DNA from: an uncultured Eubacteriales bacterium
Lineage (GTDB): Bacteria; Bacillota; Clostridia; Christensenellales; Aristaeellaceae
Assembly (NCBI GenBank): GCA_902793245.1
Contig: CADBCX010000008.1
Span: 155-64,154, forward strand
Length of the DNA: 64,000 nt
Direction: 5' to 3'
How positions within the stretch are numbered: position 1 is the first letter of the stretch; every line of letters starts with the position of its first letter. The translations under genes and the position numbers were made by a program. Of the stretch, positions 17,670 to 25,772 are shown in pieces. Under the pieces are notes generated by a model. The model made no database searches, had not been told where the DNA came from, and saw only the letters and a list, made by a program, of their open reading frames with translations.

Positions 17670-18569
17670 GTGTCTGTGAAAAATGCTGCGGCAGCCCGCA
17701 GGCCCAAGCGCCTGGGCATTGACCGGCGGCGGTCGCTGGAAGCGTATATCTTCCTGATCCCCTGGCTGATCGGCGTGTGTCTGTTTTTCGCCTATCCCAT
17801 CTTTGTGTCCGTGCGCCTGGCCTTTTCGGACATCGTGGAGTTCAAGGGGCTGAAAACCTCCTGGGTGGGACTGGAAAACTTCCGGTACATCTTCTTTTAC
17901 GACATCAACTTTGTCCCCACGTTTTTGAAGGTGGTCACGGACACCCTGCTCAACACCCCGCTGTGCATGGTGTTTTCGCTGATTATCGCCATCTTCATCA
18001 ACCGCAAAATGGTGGGCCGCGGGTTCTTCCGCACGGCGTTCTTTATTCCCGTGCTGCTGGGTACCGGCTACATCATGAAGCAGCTGCTGGGCATGGGCGT
18101 GGACGGCATGACCGTGACCACCGGCATCCTGGTGCCCAAGCTCATCGCCGACCTGCTGGGCCCCAGCATCACCGAAGTGGTGCAGGGCTTCCTGGACAGG
18201 ATCACCGTGGTGCTGTGGAAAAGCGGCGTGCAGATCGTGCTGTTCCTGGCGGGATTGCAGGGCATCTCCGGCTCGCTCTACGAAGCCGCCCGCGTGGACG
18301 GGGCCACGGAATGGGAAATGTTCTGGAAAATCACCCTGCCCATGATTTCCCCGGTCATCATGATGAACGTGGTGTACACCATCGTGGCCTTCTTCACCGA
18401 CACCACCAACCCCCTGGTGGACTACATCTACAAGATGAACTTCACCAATCAGCAGTTTGAGTACGCCGCCGCCATGAGCTGGCTGTACTTCATCTTCGCC
18501 CTGGTGTTGTGCCTGGCCAGCATCCTCTTTATGCGGAAACATATCTATGATTCGGGAGCGAAAGGGTAA
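17670..18569 (+). CDS. carbohydrate ABC transporter permease
   Basis: EAA loop EAARVDGATEWEMFWKITLPMISP. GTG at 17670 follows GAGGAGG. Confidence 0.85.
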   Translation: MSVKNAAAARRPKRLGIDRRRSLEAYIFLIPWLIGVCLFFAYPIFVSVRLAFSDIVEFKGLKTSWVGLENFRYIFFYDINFVPTFLKVVTDTLLNTPLCMVFSLIIAIFINRKMVGRGFFRTAFFIPVLLGTGYIMKQLLGMGVDGMTVTTGILVPKLIADLLGPSITEVVQGFLDRITVVLWKSGVQIVLFLAGLQGISGSLYEAARVDGATEWEMFWKITLPMISPVIMMNVVYTIVAFFTDTTNPLVDYIYKMNFTNQQFEYAAAMSWLYFIFALVLCLASILFMRKHIYDSGAKG

Positions 18570-18585
18570 GAAAGGAGCGTTTTCC

Positions 18586-19530
18586 ATGTCAACGGCGGCG
18601 ATTAAGCGCAATGGCAGAAAGAGCAAGGCGGCGCGGTTCGCAAAGACGTTCACGCTGCGGCTGGCGTTTTATTTCCTGCTCTGCGCGCTGAGCTTTATCT
18701 TCCTCTACCCCTTTATCACGATGATCGTCAAGTCCCTCATGACCGACGACGACCTGGTGAACATCACGGTGAAATGGCTGCCCAGCGAGCTGACCTGGAA
18801 CAACTATGCCATCGCCTACCGCCGCATGGGGTTCAGCCGCTACATCTGGAACAACGTGCTGGTCGGCGCGGTGGCGACCATCGGACATATGTTCTCCTGC
18901 GCCTTGACGGGATACGCCTTCGCGCGGTATAATTTCAAATTGAAGAATGTATTGTTCGTCATCGTCATCCTGATGATGATCGTGCCTGTGCAGGTCATCA
19001 TCTTCCCGCTTTACAAGCAGTATTCGGACTGGAAGTGGCTCAACACCTTCCTGCCCCTGCTGGTGCCCTGTTTCTTCGGCTTCGGCCTGAACGGCGGCTT
19101 CTTCATTTTCCTGTTCCGCCAGTTCTTTATGGGCCTGCCCTACGAAATGGAGGAGGCCGCCCGGGTGGACGGCTGCGGCCCCATCCGCACATATGCCCGC
19201 ATCATGCTGCCCATGGCCCAGGCCCCGATGCTGGTGTGCGGCGTGCTTTCGCTGGTGTGGCACTGGAACGACTACTTTGAGCCGGGCATTTATATCAACA
19301 CCAAGCCCGACCTGCGGATGCTGCCCAGCATCCTGCCTTCGCTGTATTCCCTGCTGAACCAGGAAAACCACACCATGATCCAGGTGAACGACCTGGAGGG
19401 CATCGTGTTCAACGAAGCCATGCTCATGGCCGCCACCTTCCTGTGCATCATCCCCATCATGATCGCCTACCTCTTCCTCCAGCGCAGATTCATGGAGGGC
19501 GTGGAGCGGTCTGGACTCACAGGAATGTAA
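18586..19530 (+). CDS. carbohydrate ABC transporter permease
   Basis: EAA loop EEAARVDGCGPIRTYARIMLPMAQ. ATG at 18586 follows AAAGGAG. Confidence 0.85.
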   Translation: MSTAAIKRNGRKSKAARFAKTFTLRLAFYFLLCALSFIFLYPFITMIVKSLMTDDDLVNITVKWLPSELTWNNYAIAYRRMGFSRYIWNNVLVGAVATIGHMFSCALTGYAFARYNFKLKNVLFVIVILMMIVPVQVIIFPLYKQYSDWKWLNTFLPLLVPCFFGFGLNGGFFIFLFRQFFMGLPYEMEEAARVDGCGPIRTYARIMLPMAQAPMLVCGVLSLVWHWNDYFEPGIYINTKPDLRMLPSILPSLYSLLNQENHTMIQVNDLEGIVFNEAMLMAATFLCIIPIMIAYLFLQRRFMEGVERSGLTGM

Positions 19531-19546
19531 TCTCTCGGTAAAAGAG

Positions 19547-19650
19547 GAGAGAACAGAGTTCAGAGTACAGATGAGTTAGCGTACGCGCTGCGGAACCCAT
19601 GCTTGATCGAGCCTATCCATCTGTACTCTGTACTCTGAACTCTGCACTCT
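19547..19650 (+). repeat. heptad-array hairpin repeat, copy 3
   Basis: Left arm GAGAGAACAGAGTTCAGAGTACAGA, 48-nt loop, right arm TCTGTACTCTGTACTCTGAACTCTGCACTCT. Confidence 0.85.
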
Positions 19651-19716
19651 ATTATCCATCGTTCCCTCGCGGCAGTGAAGCCGCAGGAGATATATTTTTC
19701 AAGGAGGTTTTCTCGT

Positions 19717-21348
19717 ATGAAGAAAATCGTGGCTCTCATGTTGGCTCTGGTCATGCTGCTGTGCATGTGCGGCGCGGCGCTTGCGGCCGACAAGGTGTCC
19801 TACACTCTGCTGCCCTTCTCCAACAGCGTGTATGAACCCTACATCTACGAAGGCCTGGTCGGTATGCTGAAAGTGCAGAAGATGGCTGACGTGGAAATCG
19901 AATGGCAGCCCATCCTGGGCTCCCGCGACGAACAGCCCGCCCTGTACCTGGCGATGCTGGCCAGCGGCAACTATCCCGACGTCATCCAGGCCCAGCACAA
20001 CAACATGTACGCGGGCGGCGTCAGCCAGCTGTTTGCCGATGGCATCATCATTGAGCTGAACGACGTGATCGACAAGTACATGCCCAACTACAAGGCTCTG
20101 CTGGAAGCCCATCCCGAAGTGGCGAAAACCCTCAAGGACGACCAGGGCCGCTACCTGTACTTCACCGTCATCAACCCCGGCTCCACCCCCGATGAGCGCG
20201 TGGCCTTCACCTGGTACGGCCTCCAGGGCCGCAAGGACTGGATGGAGAACGTCGGCATCGAAGAAATGCCCACCACCATCGACGGCTGGTACGAGATGCT
20301 GGTTGCCTTCCGCGACCTGGATCCCAACGGCAACGGCGAACAGGATGAAATCCCCTTCGACGGCGGCGCGTCCGGCTACACCTACTTCATGCCCGCTTAC
20401 GACATCCTGAACGGCGCTTACATCAATCCCGAAACCGGCAAGGTCGGCATCGGCGAATACACCCAGAACTACAAAGCGTTCCTGGAAACCATGAGCAAGT
20501 GGTACGCCGAGGGCCTGGTGAAGGACATCTGGAAGGATGACGGCACCACCGCCGGCGACGAAGAAAAGGACGCCAACATCTACGCTGACCTGGCCGGCTC
20601 CTGGAAGGGCCTGAGCAACTATTGGGAGCAGCGCCTGCCCCAGGTTCTGGAAAAGAACCCCAACGCCGACTTCATCGCCTTCCCCTGGATCGTGGATGCC
20701 AACGGCGTTGCCTACGGCACGGACTATAACTTCTCCTACGGCGACCGCTTCACCACCGTCATCACCGTGGACTGCAAGAACGTGGAAGCCGCTGCCCGCC
20801 TGATCGACACCATGTTCACCGAAGAAGGCACCAACTGCACCACCTGGGGCATTGAGCAGGGCGACGACATCCTGACCATCCCCGAAACGGCATGGTGCCA
20901 GGGCAACGGTACCTACACCGTGGACGAAAACGGCGTGAAGCACGAGACCGAATGGGCCAACCAGATGACCGAAAACTTCTACGACGGCGCGTTCGCCAAC
21001 AAGTACCGCTACGCCATGAGCCACGTGTCCTTCCCCCGCTGGGGCGCCGGTGATTACCTGGCCGCTACCCGCGAGCCCAACTACGTGGCCTCCGCCAAGC
21101 TGTGGGGCGAAGCCTCCAACGCCCTCGAATATCCCGCCGCTATCGTGCTGAGCGTGGACGCCCAGAAGGCCGCCGCGCCCCAGCTGGATGAAATCAACGC
21201 TTACATCAACGACATGACCAAGAAGTTCATCACCGGCGAAGAACCCCTGACCAACTTCGACGGCTACATGGATCAGCTGCAGAAGATGGGCATCGAAGAC
21301 CTCATCGCCGCCTATCAGGCTGCCTATGACCAGTTCATGGCGCGGTAA
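19717..21348 (+). CDS. large (543 aa) extracellular sugar-binding lipoprotein (LplA-like family-1 SBP)
   Basis: Lipobox-like LMLALVMLLCMCG. ATG at 19717 follows CAAGGAGG. Size and composition are typical of oligosaccharide SBPs. Confidence 0.8.
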   Translation: MKKIVALMLALVMLLCMCGAALAADKVSYTLLPFSNSVYEPYIYEGLVGMLKVQKMADVEIEWQPILGSRDEQPALYLAMLASGNYPDVIQAQHNNMYAGGVSQLFADGIIIELNDVIDKYMPNYKALLEAHPEVAKTLKDDQGRYLYFTVINPGSTPDERVAFTWYGLQGRKDWMENVGIEEMPTTIDGWYEMLVAFRDLDPNGNGEQDEIPFDGGASGYTYFMPAYDILNGAYINPETGKVGIGEYTQNYKAFLETMSKWYAEGLVKDIWKDDGTTAGDEEKDANIYADLAGSWKGLSNYWEQRLPQVLEKNPNADFIAFPWIVDANGVAYGTDYNFSYGDRFTTVITVDCKNVEAAARLIDTMFTEEGTNCTTWGIEQGDDILTIPETAWCQGNGTYTVDENGVKHETEWANQMTENFYDGAFANKYRYAMSHVSFPRWGAGDYLAATREPNYVASAKLWGEASNALEYPAAIVLSVDAQKAAAPQLDEINAYINDMTKKFITGEEPLTNFDGYMDQLQKMGIEDLIAAYQAAYDQFMAR

Positions 21349-21429
21349 TGGTCAGGCAATAGGCATTAGGGAATAGGCATTAGATAATAGATTGACTATC
21401 CCAACGAATGCCTAATGACTGAATCCCAG

Positions 21430-21466
21430 CCGGGGCTGTCGGCGCATACCGGCAGCCCCGGTTTTT
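21430..21466 (+). terminator. intrinsic terminator after the SBP gene
   Basis: CCGGGGCTGTCGG-loop-CCGGCAGCCCCGG followed by TTTTT. Confidence 0.7.
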
Positions 21467-21541
21467 CCGAGTGTATAGGAAATTCCGTCCCAGCGGCGGC
21501 ATTTCCTATGCCCTTGAAAATACAGTTTGGAGGAATACATC

Positions 21542-22186
21542 ATGACCATCTACATCTGCGGCGATTCCACCGCGGCCAGCTACAAACCCGAGGAAGCGCC
21601 GATCACCGGCTGGGGGCAGGTGCTTTCGGAATACCTGCCCAGCGTGCGGGTAGAGAACCGCGCCATGGGCGGGCGCAGCACCAAGTCCTTTCTGAGCGAA
21701 GGGCGGCTGCAAAGGATCGAAACGGAGATTCAGCCCGGCGATCTGCTGCTGATTCAGTTCACCCATAACGACACCAGCGACCTGGTCTGGCGGCACACCG
21801 ACCCCTGGACGTCCTTTTATCAGAACCTGCAAATCTTCATCGACACCGCTATGCTGAACAGGGCGCGGCCTGTGCTGATGACGCCCATCTGCCGCCGCTA
21901 CTGGCGGGACGGAAAGCTGCTGGAAAGCCACGGGGAATATCCCGACGTGATCCGCGTGCTGGCGGCGCAAAGAAACGTGCCGCTGATCGACCTGTACGAA
22001 CAGAGCAAGGCTTATGTGCGGCAGTTAGGCGAGGAGGAAAGCAAAAAGCTGTATCTGTATGTGGCACCCGGCATCTATCCCGCCTATCCCAACGGCAACG
22101 CGGACGATACCCACACCCAGCGGAAAGGCGCGGAAACCTACGCCTGGATGACGGCGGAGGCGCTGAAAGGGATGGGGCTGGTTTGA
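21542..22186 (+). CDS. SGNH/GDSL hydrolase, rhamnogalacturonan acetylesterase-like (CE12)
   Basis: Block I IYICGDSTAASY, block III FTHNDTS, block V DDTHTQ. No signal peptide. Confidence 0.8.
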   Translation: MTIYICGDSTAASYKPEEAPITGWGQVLSEYLPSVRVENRAMGGRSTKSFLSEGRLQRIETEIQPGDLLLIQFTHNDTSDLVWRHTDPWTSFYQNLQIFIDTAMLNRARPVLMTPICRRYWRDGKLLESHGEYPDVIRVLAAQRNVPLIDLYEQSKAYVRQLGEEESKKLYLYVAPGIYPAYPNGNADDTHTQRKGAETYAWMTAEALKGMGLV

Positions 22187-22232
22187 ATTAATAGAACAGA
22201 CAGTCTGAGTTCGTAATCATAAAGAAATCCGA

Positions 22233-22438
22233 CCAAAAGCCTTCCCCTTGAGGGGAAGGTGGGCCGCGCGGAGTCAAGAATGAGAGAGTGAACAAGTTCA
22301 TTCGCGCGGCTCGGATGAGGTGGCCCCGTCCCTGTTGCTTCTGGAAACACCTCATCCGTCAGGCGCGAATTTGCTCCGGTATATTGAGCCAACTTGGTTT
22401 CGCGCCTGACACCTTCCCCTCAAGGGGAAGGCTTTTGG
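22233..22438. repeat. composite palindromic element, copy A (29-bp terminal inverted repeats + three internal hairpins)
   Basis: Left end CCAAAAGCCTTCCCCTTGAGGGGAAGGTG and its reverse complement at the right end. Internal stems CCGCGCG/CGCGCGG, GGATGAGGTG/CACCTCATCC and GTCAGGCGCGAA/TTCGCGCCTGAC. Confidence 0.85.
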
Positions 22439-22508
22439 GTAGTTTTATGAACCTACATCTCTGTATTCTAAGAAAGACTCCTCACACAAAGAAAAGGGGG
22501 ACAAGCAT

Positions 22509-24209
22509 ATGTACATCGTAGCGAAGGACGGCTCCGGGGATTTCACTTCCATTCAGCAGGCCATCGACGCCATTCCGGCGGGGGGCCGGACGCCCACCAT
22601 CCTGCTGATTCGCATGAACGAATACCAGGAGCGCGTGGTGGTGGACAAGGACAACGTGCGCATCATCGGCGAGGCGCGGGACAGGACAGTTATCACCGCC
22701 AAGGGCTGCGCCCTGGACAAGGACGAAAACGGCAACGACCGCGGCACCTTCCTGTCCGCCACCTTCATCGTGATGGGCAACAACGTGGAAGTGGAAAACC
22801 TGACCATCCGCAACGACGCGGGGGACGGCCGCGATGTGGGCCAGGCCGTGGCGGTGTACGCGGCGGGCGACCGGGGCGTGTGGCGCAACGTGCGCATGAT
22901 CGCCCATCAGGATACTTTGTTCTGCGGGCCGCTGATGCAGAAGGTCATCAACTTCTACGGCGGGCGCAGGGGCCGCGCCGAAGTGGTGGAATTCGTGGGC
23001 GACTGCCCGCCCACCCAGAGCCGCCAATACTTTGAGGACTGCTTCATCCAGGGGGACGTGGACTTTATCTTCGGCCCCTACCGCTGCTGGTTTGAGCGCT
23101 GCACCCTGTTCATGAACAAGCGGGGCGGCATGTACACCGCCGCCAACACGCCGGAAATTCAGCCCTACGGCCTGGTGTTCCACCAGTGCAGGCTGACCGG
23201 CGAATGCGAGGAAGGCCAGGGCTTCCTGGGCCGCCCCTGGCGCAGGTTCAGCCGCACCGTGTTCCTGGACTGCGACATGGACGAGCATGTGGCCCCCCAG
23301 GGCTTCGCGGACTGGGACGACATCAAGGTGGTCACGGAGCGCTACGCCGAGTATGGCACCACCGGCGTCCGGGCCGACCAGAGCCCCCGCCACCCCAGCC
23401 AGAAACGCATGAACGCCGAGGAAGCGGCCTGCTATACCATTCCCGACGTGATCGGCGGCCCCGACGGCTGGCGGCCCGACAGGCGCACGCCCACCTGGTT
23501 CCTCTGCGGCGATTCCACCATGGCGAACTATCCCGATGCCGTATATCCCATGATGGGCTGGGGCCAGAAGCTGCAAAGCCTGCTGCCGGAGAATGTCTTC
23601 GTGGAAAACTGCGCGGTGAACGGCAGGAGCAGCAAGAGCTTCATCGCCGAAAAGCGCCTGAACTTCATTGAGCTGTGCCTGCGGAAGGGCGACAAGCTGA
23701 TCGTCTCCTTCTCCCACAACGACGAAAAGCCCGACGCCGAACGCTCCACCAATCCCCGCGTCACCTACCCGGAATACCTGGGCATGTACATCGACGCGGC
23801 CCGGCGGCAAGGCGCGGAACCCATCCTCGTCACGCCCATTCCCCGGCGGCTGTTCAGCGACGACGGCAAGCTCGTTCCCACCCACGGCCCGTATCCCGAC
23901 GCCATGCGGGACCTGGCGGCATACCGCGGCGTGCGGCTCGTTGACCTGGAAAAAGCCGCCGCGCAGCTGTTCAGCAAGCTGGGCGCGGAAGGCACCAAAC
24001 GCATCTTCTGCCACGTGCCCGCGGGCAGCAAGAACTATCCCGACGGCTTGCAGGATAACAGCCATCTCCGGGAGGAAGGCGCGGTGCGGATCGCCATGCT
24101 GTTCCTGAACCGGCTGCAGTCGCCTGACCAGCCGGAAGCGGATCTGGAGAAGGCGGAAGCCGCCGATTTTTCCGGTCTGGTGGCCGCGGAGGACAGCGTG
24201 CTATGCTGA
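22509..24209 (+). CDS. bifunctional pectin methylesterase (CE8) / SGNH acetylesterase (CE12) fusion, cytoplasmic
   Basis: CE8 motifs GQAVAV, HQDTL, DVDFIFG, LGRPW. C-terminal half has FLCGDSTMANY, SHNDEKP, DNSHL. No signal peptide. Confidence 0.85.
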   Translation: MYIVAKDGSGDFTSIQQAIDAIPAGGRTPTILLIRMNEYQERVVVDKDNVRIIGEARDRTVITAKGCALDKDENGNDRGTFLSATFIVMGNNVEVENLTIRNDAGDGRDVGQAVAVYAAGDRGVWRNVRMIAHQDTLFCGPLMQKVINFYGGRRGRAEVVEFVGDCPPTQSRQYFEDCFIQGDVDFIFGPYRCWFERCTLFMNKRGGMYTAANTPEIQPYGLVFHQCRLTGECEEGQGFLGRPWRRFSRTVFLDCDMDEHVAPQGFADWDDIKVVTERYAEYGTTGVRADQSPRHPSQKRMNAEEAACYTIPDVIGGPDGWRPDRRTPTWFLCGDSTMANYPDAVYPMMGWGQKLQSLLPENVFVENCAVNGRSSKSFIAEKRLNFIELCLRKGDKLIVSFSHNDEKPDAERSTNPRVTYPEYLGMYIDAARRQGAEPILVTPIPRRLFSDDGKLVPTHGPYPDAMRDLAAYRGVRLVDLEKAAAQLFSKLGAEGTKRIFCHVPAGSKNYPDGLQDNSHLREEGAVRIAMLFLNRLQSPDQPEADLEKAEAADFSGLVAAEDSVLC

Positions 24210-25309
24210 CCGAATACCTGCCCCATTCGGCGGAGGCCGTGGCGGACAGCCTGATGCAAAGGTACGGGCTGCTGCGGTATAAATGGAGCTATGATTTCAG
24301 CGTGGTGTGGCGGGGCATGGAAATGCTCTGGGCCCTCACCGGCGATAAGAAATACTATGATTACATCTTTTACGCCCTGGACGACATGGTAGACGGCGCG
24401 GGCGAACCCGGAGGGTACAGCCGGGACGCCTTCAACCTGGATTTTCTCTGCATCGGCAAGCAGCTGGTTTTCCTGTGGCAGATCACAGGCATGGAAAAAT
24501 ACAAGAAGGCCGCGGCGCTGCTCCGCTCCCAGCTGGACGACCAGCCCCGCACCACCGACGGCGGGTTTTGGCACAAGCAGGTCTACCCGTACCAGATGTG
24601 GCTGGACGGCCAGCACATGGCGATTCCCTTTTACCTGCAATACGAAGCCGCCTTCGGCCCCGACGAAACCGCCCAGACCGACGCGGCGAAGCAGTTGGTG
24701 CTGGCCTGGCGGCACACCCTGAACCCGGAAACGGGTCTTCCCTGCCACGGCTGGGACGAGAAAAAACAGCAGATTTGGGCCGACCCGGTCACTGGCCGCG
24801 CCCCTCACGCCTGGGGCCGGGCTGTGGGCTGGTATATGGCGGCCTTGGTGGACAGCCTGGAGCTGCTGCCCAAAACCAATGCGCTTTATGCTGACGTGTC
24901 GGAGATTTTCAAAACCCTGTCCCAAAAGCTGCTCTCCATCCGGCAGGACGGGGTCTGGCTCCAGGTGCTGGACTGTCCCGGCAGGCTGGGGAATTATCCT
25001 GAATCCTCCGGCTCCTGCCTCATCTGCTATGCGATTCTGAAAGGCGCACGGCTGGGCTATCTGCCGGGCGAGTGCGGCAAAGAAGCGCAAAAGAGCTTTG
25101 AAGCCATCCAGCGGCATTTTGTGGGCTGGATGAAAAACGGCGAAACCTTCGTCGCCAAGTGCTGCCAGGGTGCGGGCCTGGGCGGCAGCACCGGGCGGGA
25201 TGGTTCCTTTGATTACTATATCAGCGAAAACGTGGTCAGCTGGGATTTGAAGGCCACGGGAGCCTATATCCAGGCGGCCTGCGAGGAACAGAGTTATAGG
25301 ACACTTTAA
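24203..25309 (+). CDS. unsaturated rhamnogalacturonyl hydrolase (GH105, YteR/YesR-like)
   Basis: 368 aa with (alpha/alpha)6-type motifs (MWLDGQHMAIPFY, HAWGRAVGWY). Start overlaps the previous gene. Confidence 0.8.
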   Translation: MLTEYLPHSAEAVADSLMQRYGLLRYKWSYDFSVVWRGMEMLWALTGDKKYYDYIFYALDDMVDGAGEPGGYSRDAFNLDFLCIGKQLVFLWQITGMEKYKKAAALLRSQLDDQPRTTDGGFWHKQVYPYQMWLDGQHMAIPFYLQYEAAFGPDETAQTDAAKQLVLAWRHTLNPETGLPCHGWDEKKQQIWADPVTGRAPHAWGRAVGWYMAALVDSLELLPKTNALYADVSEIFKTLSQKLLSIRQDGVWLQVLDCPGRLGNYPESSGSCLICYAILKGARLGYLPGECGKEAQKSFEAIQRHFVGWMKNGETFVAKCCQGAGLGGSTGRDGSFDYYISENVVSWDLKATGAYIQAACEEQSYRTL

Positions 25310-25772
25310 GTGACGAAAGGGACCGACGGGGCTTTGCCCCGCACCCCACCAGGGCGGTGACCGCCCTGGACCCGCAATTGCGGATGTTGCTTGCATTGAC
25401 GATCAAGCCTGGTTCCCGCTGTTGCGTGGAGGAACGAGGAAGTCAATCTTGATACTGTGTTGCTTCTGGCCCGGCGGCGAAGCCGCCAACCCGGATGCTT
25501 TGCATCCGGGGAAAGCCTGGGAATAATCCTCAGGGGAAAGTGAGCTTTCCCCCTGGGATTTTCCCGGCTTTCTTGGGCCAGAAGCCCTCAAACTTTCGTA
25601 AACCCCAGCGCAGCAAGCGGAAGCTGTCGGGTTTTCCCTACGGCGTAATTTCGCTTATTGGGATGCAAGGGATGAAATCCCTTGCCGCAGGTCTGGGGGC
25701 GCGCAGCCCCCAGCGTATCCCTTTGTTTCATAATGCGATAGTGACTTAAGGCGTCCCTGAAAGGAGAACATC
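25310..25772 (+). other. 463-nt hairpin-dense non-coding region (candidate structured RNA or decayed palindromic repeats)
   Basis: At least 8 short perfect hairpins plus a four-way-junction-like domain at 25463-25584, closed by CTTCTGGCCC/GGGCCAGAAG. Only short, low-complexity ORFs. Confidence 0.4.

Noticed and set aside
15402-18653. 1083-aa ORF on the minus strand, the longest in the track
   Set aside because: It is antisense to three well-supported + strand genes (the secreted 708-aa protein and two permeases with EAA loops). Its translation is low-complexity (Gly/His/Ala/Val/Gln/Arg-rich) with no motifs and no RBS. It is a typical stop-free antisense frame of a high-G+C genome.
25310-25772. 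Possible housekeeping RNA (RNase P, tmRNA, SRP, 6S) or small proteins (ORFs 25403-25591 minus, 25495-25749 plus)
   Set aside because: I could not find the RNase P GAGGAAAGUCC core, a tmRNA tRNA-like end or tag frame, or the SRP GGAA/AGCA motif. The ORFs translate the hairpins into low-complexity peptides without an RBS. The region is kept only as an unexplained structured region.
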